64,000 nucleotides of DNA from Theionarchaea archaeon (GTDB lineage: Archaea > Methanobacteriota_B > Thermococci > Methanofastidiosales > SZ-28-30): the NCBI GenBank assembly GCA_018992685.1, contig JACVGT010000018.1, positions 64,001-128,000 on the forward strand, written 5' to 3'. The translations under genes were made by a program, and so were the position numbers. Positions 9,205 through 18,099 of this stretch are shown one piece after another. Below the pieces are notes generated by a model. The model had not been told where the DNA came from, ran no database searches, and worked only from the letters and a program-made list of their open reading frames with translations. Positions within the stretch are counted from its first letter, which is position 1, and each line of letters begins with the position of its first letter.

Positions 9205-10380
9205 ATGCAGGTGTTATTCGTTTCTAAGTATCCCCCTATTGAAGGATTTGTGTCTTCTTATGCCTATTGGTTGGCTAGAGGTCTGGGAGAACGAGGGCAC
9301 CAGGTTTTTGTTGCTACCAATGCCCAGGAAGTTGATACCAAATACAGAGAAGATGTTTCTTTGGAAGACCCGTCCCTGATACCAAAAGGAGTGACCCTAC
9401 GTCTCACGTGTGAGGACAAAACTCTGGGGTGTATTCCCTATTTCAATCCTTTCACTGAGAAATTGGCCTCTCTTGCTCTGGATTGCATTGATGAGCACGG
9501 TATTTCCCTTATTGATTCATGGTACCTCATGCCGTACGGGATTGCTGGATTGATGGTCAGCCTGCTTTCAGGACTGCCCCTCGTGGGGAGAGTGGCTGGC
9601 ACAGATGGAGAAAGAATGTGTCGCTCACCTCAATTTAACAGACTTGCGCTCTCATTTTTTGAGCATTGTTCACAGATTGTTGGAAATTTCAAAGCGATTC
9701 CCTCTATAACTCCGGAAATTCAGAAAAAGATGATTCCTCACGGGATTGTGCTGCATCCTTCATTCATAGAGGAGAGATCTCCTCTGGATCTGTCAGGATA
9801 TCCTCAATACGTCGAGGGAATTCCTGTCATTACCTTTATAGGAAAGGCAACGTCATTCAAGGGATTTTTTCCCCTTGTTGACGCACTCTCGCAGATACCA
9901 GACCCGTTTCTCTTTTTGGTAGTTTCTAACGGACCTGAATCCTTTCAATTCACAGAGCATGTAAGGAATCGAAACCTTGAAGAGAGAACACTTTTCCTCC
10001 CTTTCCAACCTCCCTGGAAGATGCCTGCAGTATACCGCTCTTCCACCGTAGTGGCTTGTCTGGAACATGGAAATTTGATACAAAGAGCTCCCATTGTGCC
10101 AAGGGAAGCTGCCTCCTGTGGACGCTGCACAGTAATCAGCCCTGAAATCCATTCAAAAGGACACTATCGCCTCCTGGAAAATGGGGTCCATACCGTGATT
10201 GCAGATCCTGATGATCCGGAGGGCCTCAGGAGTGCAGTCCATGATCTGATTTCTCACCCAGAAAAGGCTGATGTCATCGGACAAGGCGGACATGACTTTT
10301 TTTCCCGGCTGGACAATCCAAGAAATCACAGCACATATATTGATGGTATCCTGGACATGTACAGAAGAATCTGCGAATAG
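9205..10380 (+). CDS. GT-B glycosyltransferase (GT4-like)
   Basis: MQVLFVSKYPP...LARGLGERGHQV N-terminus, FIGK...KG, PIVPREAASCG donor-binding region. Confidence 0.85.
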   Translation: MQVLFVSKYPPIEGFVSSYAYWLARGLGERGHQVFVATNAQEVDTKYREDVSLEDPSLIPKGVTLRLTCEDKTLGCIPYFNPFTEKLASLALDCIDEHGISLIDSWYLMPYGIAGLMVSLLSGLPLVGRVAGTDGERMCRSPQFNRLALSFFEHCSQIVGNFKAIPSITPEIQKKMIPHGIVLHPSFIEERSPLDLSGYPQYVEGIPVITFIGKATSFKGFFPLVDALSQIPDPFLFLVVSNGPESFQFTEHVRNRNLEERTLFLPFQPPWKMPAVYRSSTVVACLEHGNLIQRAPIVPREAASCGRCTVISPEIHSKGHYRLLENGVHTVIADPDDPEGLRSAVHDLISHPEKADVIGQGGHDFFSRLDNPRNHSTYIDGILDMYRRICE

Positions 10381-10497
10381 AGTCTACAGGGGAAGAATAC
10401 GGCTGTACTGGTGATCCACACCATTTGAAAGTGGTTTGCTCATCAGTTCCCAGAAAATATACAAAGAGAACCTTCAGAACTGTATCTCCTGAGTTTC

Positions 10498-10626
10498 TTA
10501 TTTCATCTTCCTGAATTTCTTGATCATTTCCCCTATCAGCGGGTAGTACACATTCAGTGCCTGGCGAGAAAAGGTACAATCCGGCTTGGTCAGGTCTCCT
10601 TTCTCATGGGACGCATGATGAGAGGG
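10498..10626 (-). pseudogene. C-terminal remnant of a radical SAM/SPASM gene
   Basis: Frame without a suitable start: PSHHASHEKGDLTKPDCTFSRQALNVYYPLIGEMIKKFRKMK*, which resembles the C-termini of the neighbouring rSAMs (GSFSDPYC...ITYYVPFL). Confidence 0.55.
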
Positions 10627-10704
10627 TCATCAGGGGCTGAAAGGTTGAAAGCTCTAAGAAAGAATAGATGAATTCTGGTTATGACAACCGATTGATGCCT
10701 GAAT

Positions 10705-12609
10705 TCAAATCCGGGGTACATATTTACGTCCCATCAAGAACAGAAACCCGATGAATAATCCAGCCAGTTGTACCTCAAGCAGTCCATGTCTTCTGGAATC
10801 AGTCCACTCAGGCACATCTTTTGGCACTACCTGATCTCCCAGTGCTTCAAATTCTTCTCTTGTCATGTAATGTATCACGGGATGGTAATGACCCATAATC
10901 CCCGGGCTATTCTCACCAACAAGAGTGACATCATATGCATCTTGAGACCACGCCCCGGTAGCCCAGGGAATATTGTTGCTATCGGGAGCTGCCTCCGGGA
11001 GATGCCACTCAGGAACAACACTCATCCACCTGAGAACTATGACCTGATGTGAAGAAGGACCCCATTCCTGCCAGGTGATACCATTTTCCTCTCGAGCATT
11101 TGCTGGCTTCTCTTCTTCTCGCGAAAATACTATGATGTATTCATTGTCCTCATTGGTGAGAATCTCGTCATCCATGAGACTCCCGTGAGGGACAGAGGTG
11201 TAGATGCTCTTTCCTAATCCACCACTTCCCTGTTGATGCGTGAACGAGAAGTACCGCACTTCACTTCCTGTCATGGTTCTCTGACCCTGGCGGGTCTTTG
11301 GAAACTCTGGCAATCGTCCTGTGAGGACAATCACCTTGTCCTCGCCAAGCGCAATTGGACGCAGCAGGTATGAGACATAGTTGCAGCATGTTGCTCCACA
11401 CTCGAAGTTTCCTGGGGGATCAGCAGATGCACCCCGATTCCATAGGAGGCGGAAAAAGTCGCGAATCTCTTTTCGTGTGGTTTTTACATCGGTTCTCCCC
11501 CACGGGTTGGAGCTGATGTAGCCTTGCGCTTCCAGCATGGCAAGATCGATTCCAAACATTTTGAACCAGCCCAGTGTGGGCCCCTCAAAAACGTAAGGTT
11601 CAAAAGGGGAGACGGGCCTGTTGGGGACGAGAGCTGTCTGATCTTCAACAGCCTTTGATTTATCACATGTTATCCAGAATTTCTCACCTGTGGGCAGCTG
11701 GAGGGTGGCCCTGGGCCATTGTACGCCGCCAAAAGGCTCTCTATCTTGATCGGGGGCATAGATCCGAAGCCAGAGAACAGAAGGAACCAAAACATTATTA
11801 CCCCAGGGTCCAGCAAATCCAAAAGGACTTCCCACGCGCGTGTTGCCTGGTGCACGGTAGTCAGGTGGGCTCATGACGTCTGGATTCAAGTCTACAGCAT
11901 TCCCGATTCTTAGCTCAAAAGTGACTTGATAATGTCTTTTTTCACCAGTCCTGTCAGCACCTACCCTGAAGGGATTGGTATGCCCAGGGTCAGGCTCAAT
12001 ATCTACATCCACCAGTGGGACCTCACACACTCCCATGTTGCCGGTAACTGGATGAAGTGGGTCAAAGGGCTGCAGAATCTGGTAGTTCATGAAACGGCAG
12101 TGAGGGAAATCGCCTTCTATCAATAGTTTCGAGTTGAAAGGAGCAATGAAAATGAGTTTCAGATACGTAACGTGAGGATCAGGAGAGCTTTGATGAAGTT
12201 CCTCTGTAGGATCGTACATTTCGAGAGCATACCACTGATCTTCCGGTGTTATCTGGTCAGGAGTTACCAGTGTCCAGGTATGCGTTTTTTCACTGTCGAT
12301 ATAGGCAGGAAGCAGCCCATCAGGAAATTCGGCATCAGCCTCACCATCAAGCCATCGGTAGATGTAGTCCTGCAATGATTGGGAGAGAGTTTCAGCTTCC
12401 TCAAGAGCGCGCCTGCAGTATGTATCTCTGTCTTTCTGGCTTTCCAGTGCACACTGTAATCGTTCTTCACCCGTCATGGAGGGGAGATCCTGGTATGTCC
12501 ATTGTGTATCGGGGAAGAGAACCTCATTTTCAGGAGAGGATCTTTTGTCCTGAGAGATACAACCGCATAAGAGAAACCCCAGTAGAATGAGGGCGCATTT
12601 CCTGTTCAT
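10705..12609 (-). CDS. Exported lipoprotein of unknown function with C-terminal TM anchor
   Basis: MNRKCALILLGFLLCGC lipobox-like signal; Trp/Pro-rich body; C-terminal LAGLFIGFLFLMGRK. Confidence 0.75.
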   Translation of the reverse strand: MNRKCALILLGFLLCGCISQDKRSSPENEVLFPDTQWTYQDLPSMTGEERLQCALESQKDRDTYCRRALEEAETLSQSLQDYIYRWLDGEADAEFPDGLLPAYIDSEKTHTWTLVTPDQITPEDQWYALEMYDPTEELHQSSPDPHVTYLKLIFIAPFNSKLLIEGDFPHCRFMNYQILQPFDPLHPVTGNMGVCEVPLVDVDIEPDPGHTNPFRVGADRTGEKRHYQVTFELRIGNAVDLNPDVMSPPDYRAPGNTRVGSPFGFAGPWGNNVLVPSVLWLRIYAPDQDREPFGGVQWPRATLQLPTGEKFWITCDKSKAVEDQTALVPNRPVSPFEPYVFEGPTLGWFKMFGIDLAMLEAQGYISSNPWGRTDVKTTRKEIRDFFRLLWNRGASADPPGNFECGATCCNYVSYLLRPIALGEDKVIVLTGRLPEFPKTRQGQRTMTGSEVRYFSFTHQQGSGGLGKSIYTSVPHGSLMDDEILTNEDNEYIIVFSREEEKPANAREENGITWQEWGPSSHQVIVLRWMSVVPEWHLPEAAPDSNNIPWATGAWSQDAYDVTLVGENSPGIMGHYHPVIHYMTREEFEALGDQVVPKDVPEWTDSRRHGLLEVQLAGLFIGFLFLMGRKYVPRI

Positions 12610-12782
12610 AGTTGCCATTTCCTGCAATACTCTTAAGCCTTTTGTTTGGTGACTGCTGCTGGCCTGCTATCGTGGGACACCATCCCTCATCCCACACTGA
12701 TCTTCATCCCTCTTCTGAAATAGTCTTCTCTTTGTGGCCAGAAGACAGCAACCCTTTATAGTGGTATTCTGCATTCTACTGT

Positions 12783-13436
12783 ATGAAAATCGAAGAGCGT
12801 GTGAAAAGCACTTTTCCTGACCTGATTCTGCTGACAACAACATTTGAGGATGTGATAGTAAAATCGGAAAGTGAAGAACTAGAAAAATTTAAAACTGGAT
12901 TCATTTCGAGGATCAAATCTCAGTATGATATCGAAACGCTGAAAGATATACTGGAACTCCGATTGTACCGTGATTTTTTCTGGAAGATCGGGATAGATCC
13001 CACCAAGACCAGACCTGCCTCAGAAGCTTTGATACGAAGAGTGATCCAAGGGAACCCCCTCCCTCGGATCAACACGTTGGTAGATGCGTACAACCTGGCC
13101 TCAATGGAAACACGGGTTCCTCTGGCAGCATTTGACACGAAAGCACTTTCGGGAGAGCTGGTACTCCGGTTTGCTGACAAGGGTGAGGAGTTTACAGGTA
13201 TCGGCATGAAGAGTCCAGTTGTGCTGGAGGGAAATGAACTGGTGATTGAAGCGGGAGATGAGGTCATAGCACTGTATCCTCATCGGGATGCAGACAGAAG
13301 CAAGATAACTCTGTCAACTAGAGATGTACTCATTGTTGTCTGTGGAGCTCCCGGCATTCCTGTGGAAACGTTAAGAAAAGCTCAGAAGGTTGCTGAGGAA
13401 TACATTAGCACGTTTTGTGGTGGCAGGTTTTCATAG
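12783..13436 (+). CDS. Stand-alone B3/B4 (PheRS editing-like) domain protein
   Basis: YRDFFWKIGIDPTKTRPASEALIRR, LPRINTLVDAYN, YPHRD. Confidence 0.88.
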   Translation: MKIEERVKSTFPDLILLTTTFEDVIVKSESEELEKFKTGFISRIKSQYDIETLKDILELRLYRDFFWKIGIDPTKTRPASEALIRRVIQGNPLPRINTLVDAYNLASMETRVPLAAFDTKALSGELVLRFADKGEEFTGIGMKSPVVLEGNELVIEAGDEVIALYPHRDADRSKITLSTRDVLIVVCGAPGIPVETLRKAQKVAEEYISTFCGGRFS

Positions 13437-13606
13437 AGGCGCCTCACCATCTGTGATACGTTCCACAGGCAGAATCATATCGGGATGAATTGCACCACAA
13501 CAAACCGCTCAACTCCTGGACACCATGCTCTTGTGAGATGCACGGTCCAGGTGGGTGTCACTTATCTCCACCAAAATCATTTATACCTTGTAACAGAGGA
13601 TACATC

Positions 13607-15685
13607 ATGAAGAGACTCCTCATACTTTCCATTCTTGTTCTAGGAATCTCATCTGTTGTTTCTCAGCTGGTCGTGGTGAGAGAATTTCTGGCAGTTTTTG
13701 GCGGAAATGAACTCATATTTGGAATAATCTTGGGCAACTGGACCTTGCTAACTGGAATTGGGAGCTATCTGGGAAAGAAAGTCAACCCTTCTCAGCGTGC
13801 ACTGATATTCCTGCACATAGGTCTGGGTGTCCTCCCCCTAACCCAGCTCGTACTCTTAAGGGTGACTAAGACCATACTCTTCATTTCTGGAGAAGTAGCT
13901 GACCCGACAGAACTTTTCGTCTGGTCGTGTGCATTATTGGCACCTCTCTGCCTCATAGCAGGTAGTTTCCTGGTTGTGGCCTGCTCGCTGTATGCACAGA
14001 AGAGAAAACCCTCCGACATTGGGAGTGTGTATATTATTGACAGCCTGGGTGACATTGCAGGTGGGGCCCTTTTCAGTTTCCTTCTGGTGTATTTCCTTAG
14101 CCAGATCCAGATTGTCTATGTTCTCTTAGTAGCAAACGTGAGTATGGCTCTTATTACGTCCTTTTCTTCACGATCAAAACTGGCCCTGGTCTGTGCTGTC
14201 ATTCTGGTGGGTCTGGGAGTAATTACCACTGGTGTAGATCTCAATCATATGACAGTCCAGGCACTGTACCCGGGCCAGTCTATCCTTCACCAGGAATCCT
14301 CACTGTACGGTAATATTGTGGTCACACAACTGGAAAGCCAGACTACCATGTACGAGAATGGCACTCCCTTCTTTTCTACAGGAGATGTAATGGCTCGAGA
14401 AGAAACTGTCCACTACGCCATGATCCAGCGGGATAAAAACGTCTACACCGTCTTGCTCCTGGGCGGGGGAGCCTCAGGCACTATCCAAGAAGTCCTCAAG
14501 TATCCCGCTGCTCTGGATTATGTGGAATTGGACCCCTCAATCATTACCATATCACAGATGTACACTGGAAATCTATCTGGTGCCAACGTTTTCGAGATGG
14601 ATGCCAGAAAGTACGTCAAAGAAGCCAGTACAGCGTATGATGTCATCATTGTAGATGTCCCTGATCCTGATTCAGCACAGATTAATAGGCTGTACACCGT
14701 GGAATTCTTCCGTGAAACAAAGAAAATCCTTGCAGAAAATGGCATATTCAGCACCAGTGTGAGTGCATCGCCTAATTACATGGGGGAACATACTCGAAAA
14801 CTAAATTCTTCTTTATATCGTAGTTTAAAGTCCGTCTTCGAGAATGTCATCATTATTCCTGGCAACAACATTTATTTCCTGGCATCCGATGGTAACTTAA
14901 CCTATGATATTGCCCAGAAAATTGAAGAAAAAGGCATCCTCACTCAATACGTTAACAAATACTACTTGTCAGGTGTCATAACTGAAGATAGGATTGAGAT
15001 GGTTCTTGCCTCTGCAGCAGAAAATGTAGCTGAAAATACAGATTTTAGCCCTCACGCATATTACTACTACCTCTCGTTCTGGATGAGTCAGTTTCGTAGC
15101 CATTTTCTTGTGTTCCTGGCAATGGTGGTCATACTCGTGATAATTCTTTCTGTACGTATTGCCACTCACCCCGTTCCCCTTGCTCTAGTAACTGCTGGGT
15201 TTGCGGGCACTGCGCTGGAAGTAGTTCTGGTTCTGGGATTCCAAATTCTCTATGGATACGTGTATTCCCACATAGGAATCTTGATCACCTCATTCTTGAT
15301 AGGGCTAGCTGGAGGCGCTTTCTATGTCAACAGAACTCCAAGTATTTCACAGAAGCACTATCTGGTGATTCTGGAGGGACTGTTGGCTGGCTTTGCTGTT
15401 CTTATAGGGATTATTCTTCCACATCTGACAAGAACCTCTTTTCCTGTGATAGTTGGAATAGTGGGGGCCCTGATAGGGTCTGAATTCCCTTTAGCTTCCC
15501 GGCTATACTACAAAGATATCCGGGTCACGGCAGCAGCCCTCTTCAGCGCAGATCTCTTGGGGGGATGTCTAGGTGCCCTCATGGTCAGCACACTGCTGAT
15601 ACCTGTACTGGGAGTGATCAAGGTGTGTCTCCTGGTGGGAACCCTGTCCTTCATGAGTGCACTCCTTGTTTTGTGGAAAGGATAG
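13607..15685 (+). CDS. Membrane-bound spermidine synthase-like protein (fused TM/aminopropyltransferase fold)
   Basis: N- and C-terminal TM blocks; central LLLGGG, VELDP, DAR, DVIIVDVPDP; start MKRLL after a TATA box. Confidence 0.85.
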   Translation: MKRLLILSILVLGISSVVSQLVVVREFLAVFGGNELIFGIILGNWTLLTGIGSYLGKKVNPSQRALIFLHIGLGVLPLTQLVLLRVTKTILFISGEVADPTELFVWSCALLAPLCLIAGSFLVVACSLYAQKRKPSDIGSVYIIDSLGDIAGGALFSFLLVYFLSQIQIVYVLLVANVSMALITSFSSRSKLALVCAVILVGLGVITTGVDLNHMTVQALYPGQSILHQESSLYGNIVVTQLESQTTMYENGTPFFSTGDVMAREETVHYAMIQRDKNVYTVLLLGGGASGTIQEVLKYPAALDYVELDPSIITISQMYTGNLSGANVFEMDARKYVKEASTAYDVIIVDVPDPDSAQINRLYTVEFFRETKKILAENGIFSTSVSASPNYMGEHTRKLNSSLYRSLKSVFENVIIIPGNNIYFLASDGNLTYDIAQKIEEKGILTQYVNKYYLSGVITEDRIEMVLASAAENVAENTDFSPHAYYYYLSFWMSQFRSHFLVFLAMVVILVIILSVRIATHPVPLALVTAGFAGTALEVVLVLGFQILYGYVYSHIGILITSFLIGLAGGAFYVNRTPSISQKHYLVILEGLLAGFAVLIGIILPHLTRTSFPVIVGIVGALIGSEFPLASRLYYKDIRVTAAALFSADLLGGCLGALMVSTLLIPVLGVIKVCLLVGTLSFMSALLVLWKG

Positions 15686-15999
15686 TCACATTTCTCACTT
15701 CTGTACAGTTCCTACTTTGGGACGAATGATGCATTTTCCTAAAACCACGCAAAAGATGGACTTTGTGCTTACAAGCATTCGTTACGAATGATTTGGATTA
15801 TTCTTTCCATTTTGAGAAATTCTAATCCAGATAACAACCAGGTAGCATTGAATAGTGCAGTCTACTTATTTTCTTCCTACACTGAATTGATAGAACTTAT
15901 TAAATGCTAAAATAGACAAATGATCTTTAAAAGTGAAATAATTAAACTAATGTTTTTAAAAAATAATATTAAGGAATTAAGACGATTTAAACCAGTATA

Positions 16000-16013
16000 G
16001 AAAAGTTTATATA
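16000..16013 (+). promoter_or_regulatory. Strong BRE-TATA promoter
   Basis: GAAAAG-TTTATATA at the end of an AT-rich tract. Confidence 0.6.
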
Positions 16014-16058
16014 CCCCCATTGTTATGAAAGGTTGTCACTCTATGGCCAAGGGCAGAT

Positions 16059-16113
16059 AGAAGGACATTCATCGCTTCAAACTGCAATCAAGCCAGAAAG
16101 GACATGCATCACT
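16059..16113 (+). repeat. Imperfect direct repeat AGAA(A)GGACAT[T/G]CATC[G/A]CT x2
   Basis: Copies at 16059-16076 and 16095-16113, in the leader of the small ORF. Confidence 0.55.
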
Positions 16114-16134
16114 GGGAAATCGAGGTGATAAAAA

Positions 16135-16188
16135 ATGTCCAACAAGAAGTCTGAGAAGAAGACAGGGAAAGAAAAAAAGAAGTGCTAA
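16135..16188 (+). CDS. Putative 17-aa Lys-rich peptide MSNKKSEKKTGKEKKKC
   Basis: Canonical archaeal RBS GAGGTGA 6 nt upstream; own promoter and downstream oligo-T tract. Confidence 0.5.
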   Translation: MSNKKSEKKTGKEKKKC

Positions 16189-16221
16189 TGTGATTAGCCA
16201 ATTCTTGTTCTCTATGTAAGC

Positions 16222-16246
16222 TTTCTTATTCCTTTTTTTCCTTTTT
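16222..16246 (+). terminator. Oligo-T terminator candidate
   Basis: TTTCTTATTCCTTTTTTTCCTTTTT after the small ORF. Confidence 0.5.
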
Positions 16247-16475
16247 GAATTCCAGATACCCTCCAGCTGACTTTTATCAGGCAGATGACCCGGTTCACCT
16301 GGTTCATCATGACAGATTCTTCCTCGAATGTGTGTTGCTGGAACATCCCTCCCAGTATTTAGGCAAATAGAAGCCCAACCCTTGAAAGAAAGCCGTGAAG
16401 AGGTTCTCCTTGTTGCAGGAGACCGAAGTGAGATGTGAGCACAAACCTTAAATAGGAAGTCGCCTCTACCAACAC

Positions 16476-16688
16476 ATGCGAATCTCCAGATTCTACGGAC
16501 TGGCCATTTATAACTCCAGGGCAGAATACGTGGGCATTGTCAACGATGTCGTGCTGGATTTTGACAACGGAGAAGTCTTCGGACTAGCAGTAGGACAGGA
16601 AGCTGGAGTTCAAAACACTGCCGTCCCCTTCAAGGATGTCGTAGCAGTGGGTGATATCATCATTGTCAGGGCAAAGGGCCAGGAATAA
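16476..16688 (+). CDS. PRC-barrel domain protein (archaeal CdpB-like)
   Basis: ISRFYGLAIYN...YVGIVNDVVLD...VPFKDVVAVGDIIIV. Confidence 0.85.
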   Translation: MRISRFYGLAIYNSRAEYVGIVNDVVLDFDNGEVFGLAVGQEAGVQNTAVPFKDVVAVGDIIIVRAKGQE

Positions 16689-18047
16689 CTAGGACTGAGT
16701 ATAAACCTGCATAATCCTACTGATAATCTCATCTTCAAAGTTCTCAGAAAGCCTACTCAATGGAATGGCAGCACCTGCACTCATCGGGTGTCCTCCTGCT
16801 CGTCCCAGCTGATGAAAAGCTTTTCTCAGGAGTTTTCCCATGTGCAGATCTTCATTCCATGACCTGGCTGAAACATAGAGAATGTCCCCAATAATCCCAT
16901 ACACGATGACTACATCGAGACGTTGCATCTTCAGGAGAAAATCAGCCGAATTCGAGACCGCATCCCTGTAGTGGACTTTTCCAACGAAACTGAAGACCAC
17001 CCCATCTTTCACTTCCATGTTCTTGACGGCCTCCCCCATGACATTCAAGAAATCGGATGTTTCGTGACTTGGAGTTGCCCTTCTGGCCAACCCAGCCCGT
17101 TCTATCTGTGAGAGGAACTCAGTGTCAATTTTATCCTGTAGAAAATTTAGTGCTCTAATATCCTGCTCTGATATTCCTCTCCTGAACCCATTTGTGTCCA
17201 CCAGTAACCCGTAGAACAATGCAGTTCCCAGCCTTGGAGTAATCTCTATGTTGAACAATTCCAGATACTCAGTAAGAATCGTGGATGTTGCACCGACGTC
17301 CTCCCTCACATCCACGAATTTTCCCTGATAGTCAGGGAAGAGGTGGTGATCGATAACAATGTCAGGGTTAATATCCCTCGCAATGCTCGTATAATCCCAG
17401 GGACTGTGATCCACAAAAGCTGTGAGATCATATCGAGAAAAATCGGGCTGAGAATCAGGAGAAGGGGGCACCAGAATCAACTCCAGAAGGTCTACCAGGG
17501 CTTTGTTCTCCAGAAACCCAATCTGTCCTCCGTAGTACAGATCAGAGGTCACGCCCATGTTCTGAGCAACTAACTTCAGAGATAGTGCAGAGGATATGCA
17601 GTCAGGATCTGGATTATCGTGCATAATAATGGCCATTGTGGTGCCCGACTGGAGAGCCTTTTGCAGGAGGTCTTTTCTCTTCTTTTTCTCCACATACTCA
17701 ATCTGACTATAACATTCGCAGGCCATCATTTCCTCTGTGGGTATGATATGATCAGCCCCCAGGTCAACACTGCCACGCTCACTGTGGACAATGATAATGT
17801 AGGCATTGGGGGCATGGTTCCTCACTTCCTCGGAAGACACTGATCTGTCCAGAATCACAACGACAGCGGCCTCCTGTAGCCCGATAGTCTGCCATAGGAC
17901 GTGATCACCAGGATCACCTTTCACCGCACTATATCCTTCTTTTTCGAGTATGTCGCCTTCTGGATCTACAATTTTGAATCGTGATTCTTTCTTCAAGAGA
18001 AGACGTCCAATCCAGCCGCATCCCAGCATCACATAGACGGGAACCAC
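16689..18047 (-). CDS. DHH/DHHA1 phosphoesterase with N-terminal TrkA-N (RCK-like) domain
   Basis: LGCGWIG Rossmann motif, HDNPDPD, VDH, IDHH, DT, SARS, GGH; start approximate. Confidence 0.88.
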   Translation of the reverse strand: MVPVYVMLGCGWIGRLLLKKESRFKIVDPEGDILEKEGYSAVKGDPGDHVLWQTIGLQEAAVVVILDRSVSSEEVRNHAPNAYIIIVHSERGSVDLGADHIIPTEEMMACECYSQIEYVEKKKRKDLLQKALQSGTTMAIIMHDNPDPDCISSALSLKLVAQNMGVTSDLYYGGQIGFLENKALVDLLELILVPPSPDSQPDFSRYDLTAFVDHSPWDYTSIARDINPDIVIDHHLFPDYQGKFVDVREDVGATSTILTEYLELFNIEITPRLGTALFYGLLVDTNGFRRGISEQDIRALNFLQDKIDTEFLSQIERAGLARRATPSHETSDFLNVMGEAVKNMEVKDGVVFSFVGKVHYRDAVSNSADFLLKMQRLDVVIVYGIIGDILYVSARSWNEDLHMGKLLRKAFHQLGRAGGHPMSAGAAIPLSRLSENFEDEIISRIMQVYTQS

Positions 18048-18099
18048 CAATGTCTTTAAATAGAAGCATTTATAACTCTTTCTAGAAGAGGTAGTTTCT

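Noticed and set aside
15840-16010. AT-rich tract as a DNA unwinding element or dif site
   Set aside because: No convincing flanking ORB boxes or 11-6-11 dif symmetry; better explained as upstream promoter DNA
16059-16113. Mini-CRISPR array
   Set aside because: Only two imperfect ~18-nt copies, spacer too short, no cas genes
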